A stretch of DNA of 64,000 nt from Camelus dromedarius (taxonomy: Eukaryota): positions 45,012,001 to 45,076,000 of the forward strand of contig NC_087437.1 in NCBI RefSeq assembly GCF_036321535.1, written 5' to 3'. Numbering within the stretch: the first letter of the stretch is position 1; every line of letters starts with the position of its first letter. The position numbers and the translations under genes were made by a program. Positions 62,761-64,000 of this stretch are shown in pieces. Under the pieces are notes generated by a model. It was not told the origin of the DNA, ran no database searches, and saw nothing but the letters and a program-made list of their open reading frames with translations.

Positions 62761-63479
62761 GTATTTGGCAGAATGGACTGGAGAGTAGGACTAGGAGAGA
62801 AGAAACAAAAAACCACCTGGATGTGAAGGATAAGTTAAAAGCAAAATCTAACTCTTCAATATGTGTATTTCAGGTATGAAAATTCGGTGGTGTCTCCATT
62901 AACTGCTAGTAGTAATTTGCTGCCCCAAACAGCCTGCACATTCTTTGAGATCCTTAGAGTTCCGAGGAATGACCTGGTGCCAGAGCGAACTTCATGTTAG
63001 GCTGAAGGGATTTCAGGGGAAACAACCAGGATTTCTCTAATTCATGATATGACGTATGGTGTCTGCTAAATGAGCCTGCCCTATGAAAATGGATATTTTT
63101 AAACTGTGGCCAACTTTAAAGCTGTCTCATTGGGTTTTTAAGATACTCTGCAGCAGAAAGTATTATATTTGGAGGGTAGAAGGAACAGGCCAATGCCTAC
63201 TGTTACCTTTAGTTGCTAATATCTGGGAGCTAAAACTCTTTGCTTTTAAAGATGTGTTCTTTACACAGGGGATGTCTCACAGTCAGTGCTGCCTTTGAGG
63301 GATGGTAAGTTTAAGTTCCTGTCTTGCTCCCTGAAAACAGTGAATACTGGATTACATTTAAAGTACTGTATCGATTCAACAGAAAACTCCAGCACCTTAC
63401 TGTAGGGTATTCACATATAATTTCAGGTATGAATTACTGTTCTCTAATTATGACTCTAATTGTCTTTTTAGACTCTAGG

Positions 63480-63834
63480 TCAGTTCATTAAAACTGTGCT
63501 ACTCAGTGACTACTCTTTCATCTTCCTCAGTATATCCATTGTCACAACTTTTTTGCCAAATACTCATCTTCACATACTAAATTGAGTTTTGCCTATAGCC
63601 TTCAACTGGCTCTTTTATACATTTAGTCATGACTTTAGCCTAAGTGCATTAGCTGTACTTTGAGAAATCTTTACAGACTTTAAGAAAATAATTGAAGCTA
63701 TTACTGGCAATACTAAAGTGGATTCTAACGCTGTCGAAAAATGTATATCTTTACTTCAAGGCTTAAAAGCTTTCTCTTTTTTCCTAAAGAGAAAAAAACT
63801 ACATGGCTTAGGATATTCACCTATTCTTCAGTAA
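63480..63834 (+). mobile_element. Possible hAT-Tip100 (Zaphod/MamTip-like) transposase fossil
   Basis: Frameshifted translation IFLSISIVTTF(F)AKYSSSHTKL, then SALAVL*EIFTDFKKIIEAITGNTKVDSNAVEKCISLLQGLKAFSFFL...ILQ, resembling the hAT helical region around the TRW motif. Confidence 0.4.
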
Positions 63835-64000
63835 TTCTGAAGGTAAGAATATCATAGTGAGTAGGTTTGTTTGGTCCTGGCATATAAATAAAAGGAGGAA
63901 CAAGGAGAGAGAAGGTACAAAACAATAAAATAATTTTGAAGAAAGAATGTCTAATTTTACTATATTTGGAATGAAATTCTTATTGACCACATTTCTCTCT

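Noticed and set aside
45570-63850. Isolated AG|GTAAGA donors (about 45590, 54806, 60562, 63842)
   Set aside because: Several such 7-8-mers are expected by chance in 64 kb, and none closes a convincing open exon.
1-64000. CRISPR arrays, operons, tRNA/rRNA/snRNA genes, CpG island, lineage SINEs
   Set aside because: None recognised; the sequence is mammalian non-coding DNA with strong CpG depletion.

Overview
AT-rich eutherian genomic DNA, most likely camelid (alpaca/llama/camel). That call rests on one young 5'-truncated L1 3' end at 18357-18514 matching my recollection of camelid L1 tails, and on the apparent absence of Alu, B1, Bov-tA/CHR-2, PRE-1, SINEC and ERE SINEs. I could not support any protein-coding gene, RNA gene, CpG island or CRISPR array. 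The only ORF-track entries I can assign are L1 remnants (ORF2 endonuclease 2942..3148 -, ORF1 C-terminus 22204..22407 +, L1 tail 18394..18588 -). The window looks intergenic or deep-intronic and is dominated by old repeats: L1MC/L1ME/HAL1, L2, L3/CR1, MIR, MaLR/ERVL/ERV1 solo LTRs, and Tigger/hAT MITEs. The most interesting observations are: several nested insertions whose order can be read from target-site duplications (TSDs); two L1MC copies keeping both ends but missing their middles; a young L1 with a perfect 16-bp TSD; a templated-insertion repair-like scar; an old 140-bp local duplication; two unassigned segments whose translations resemble decayed piggyBac-like and hAT-Tip100-like transposases; and a few CpG-retaining candidate regulatory elements. 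I found no evidence for a new multi-gene biological system. Repeat family names come from recalled consensus sequences, not a search, so subfamily labels and boundaries (except where TSDs are given) are approximate.
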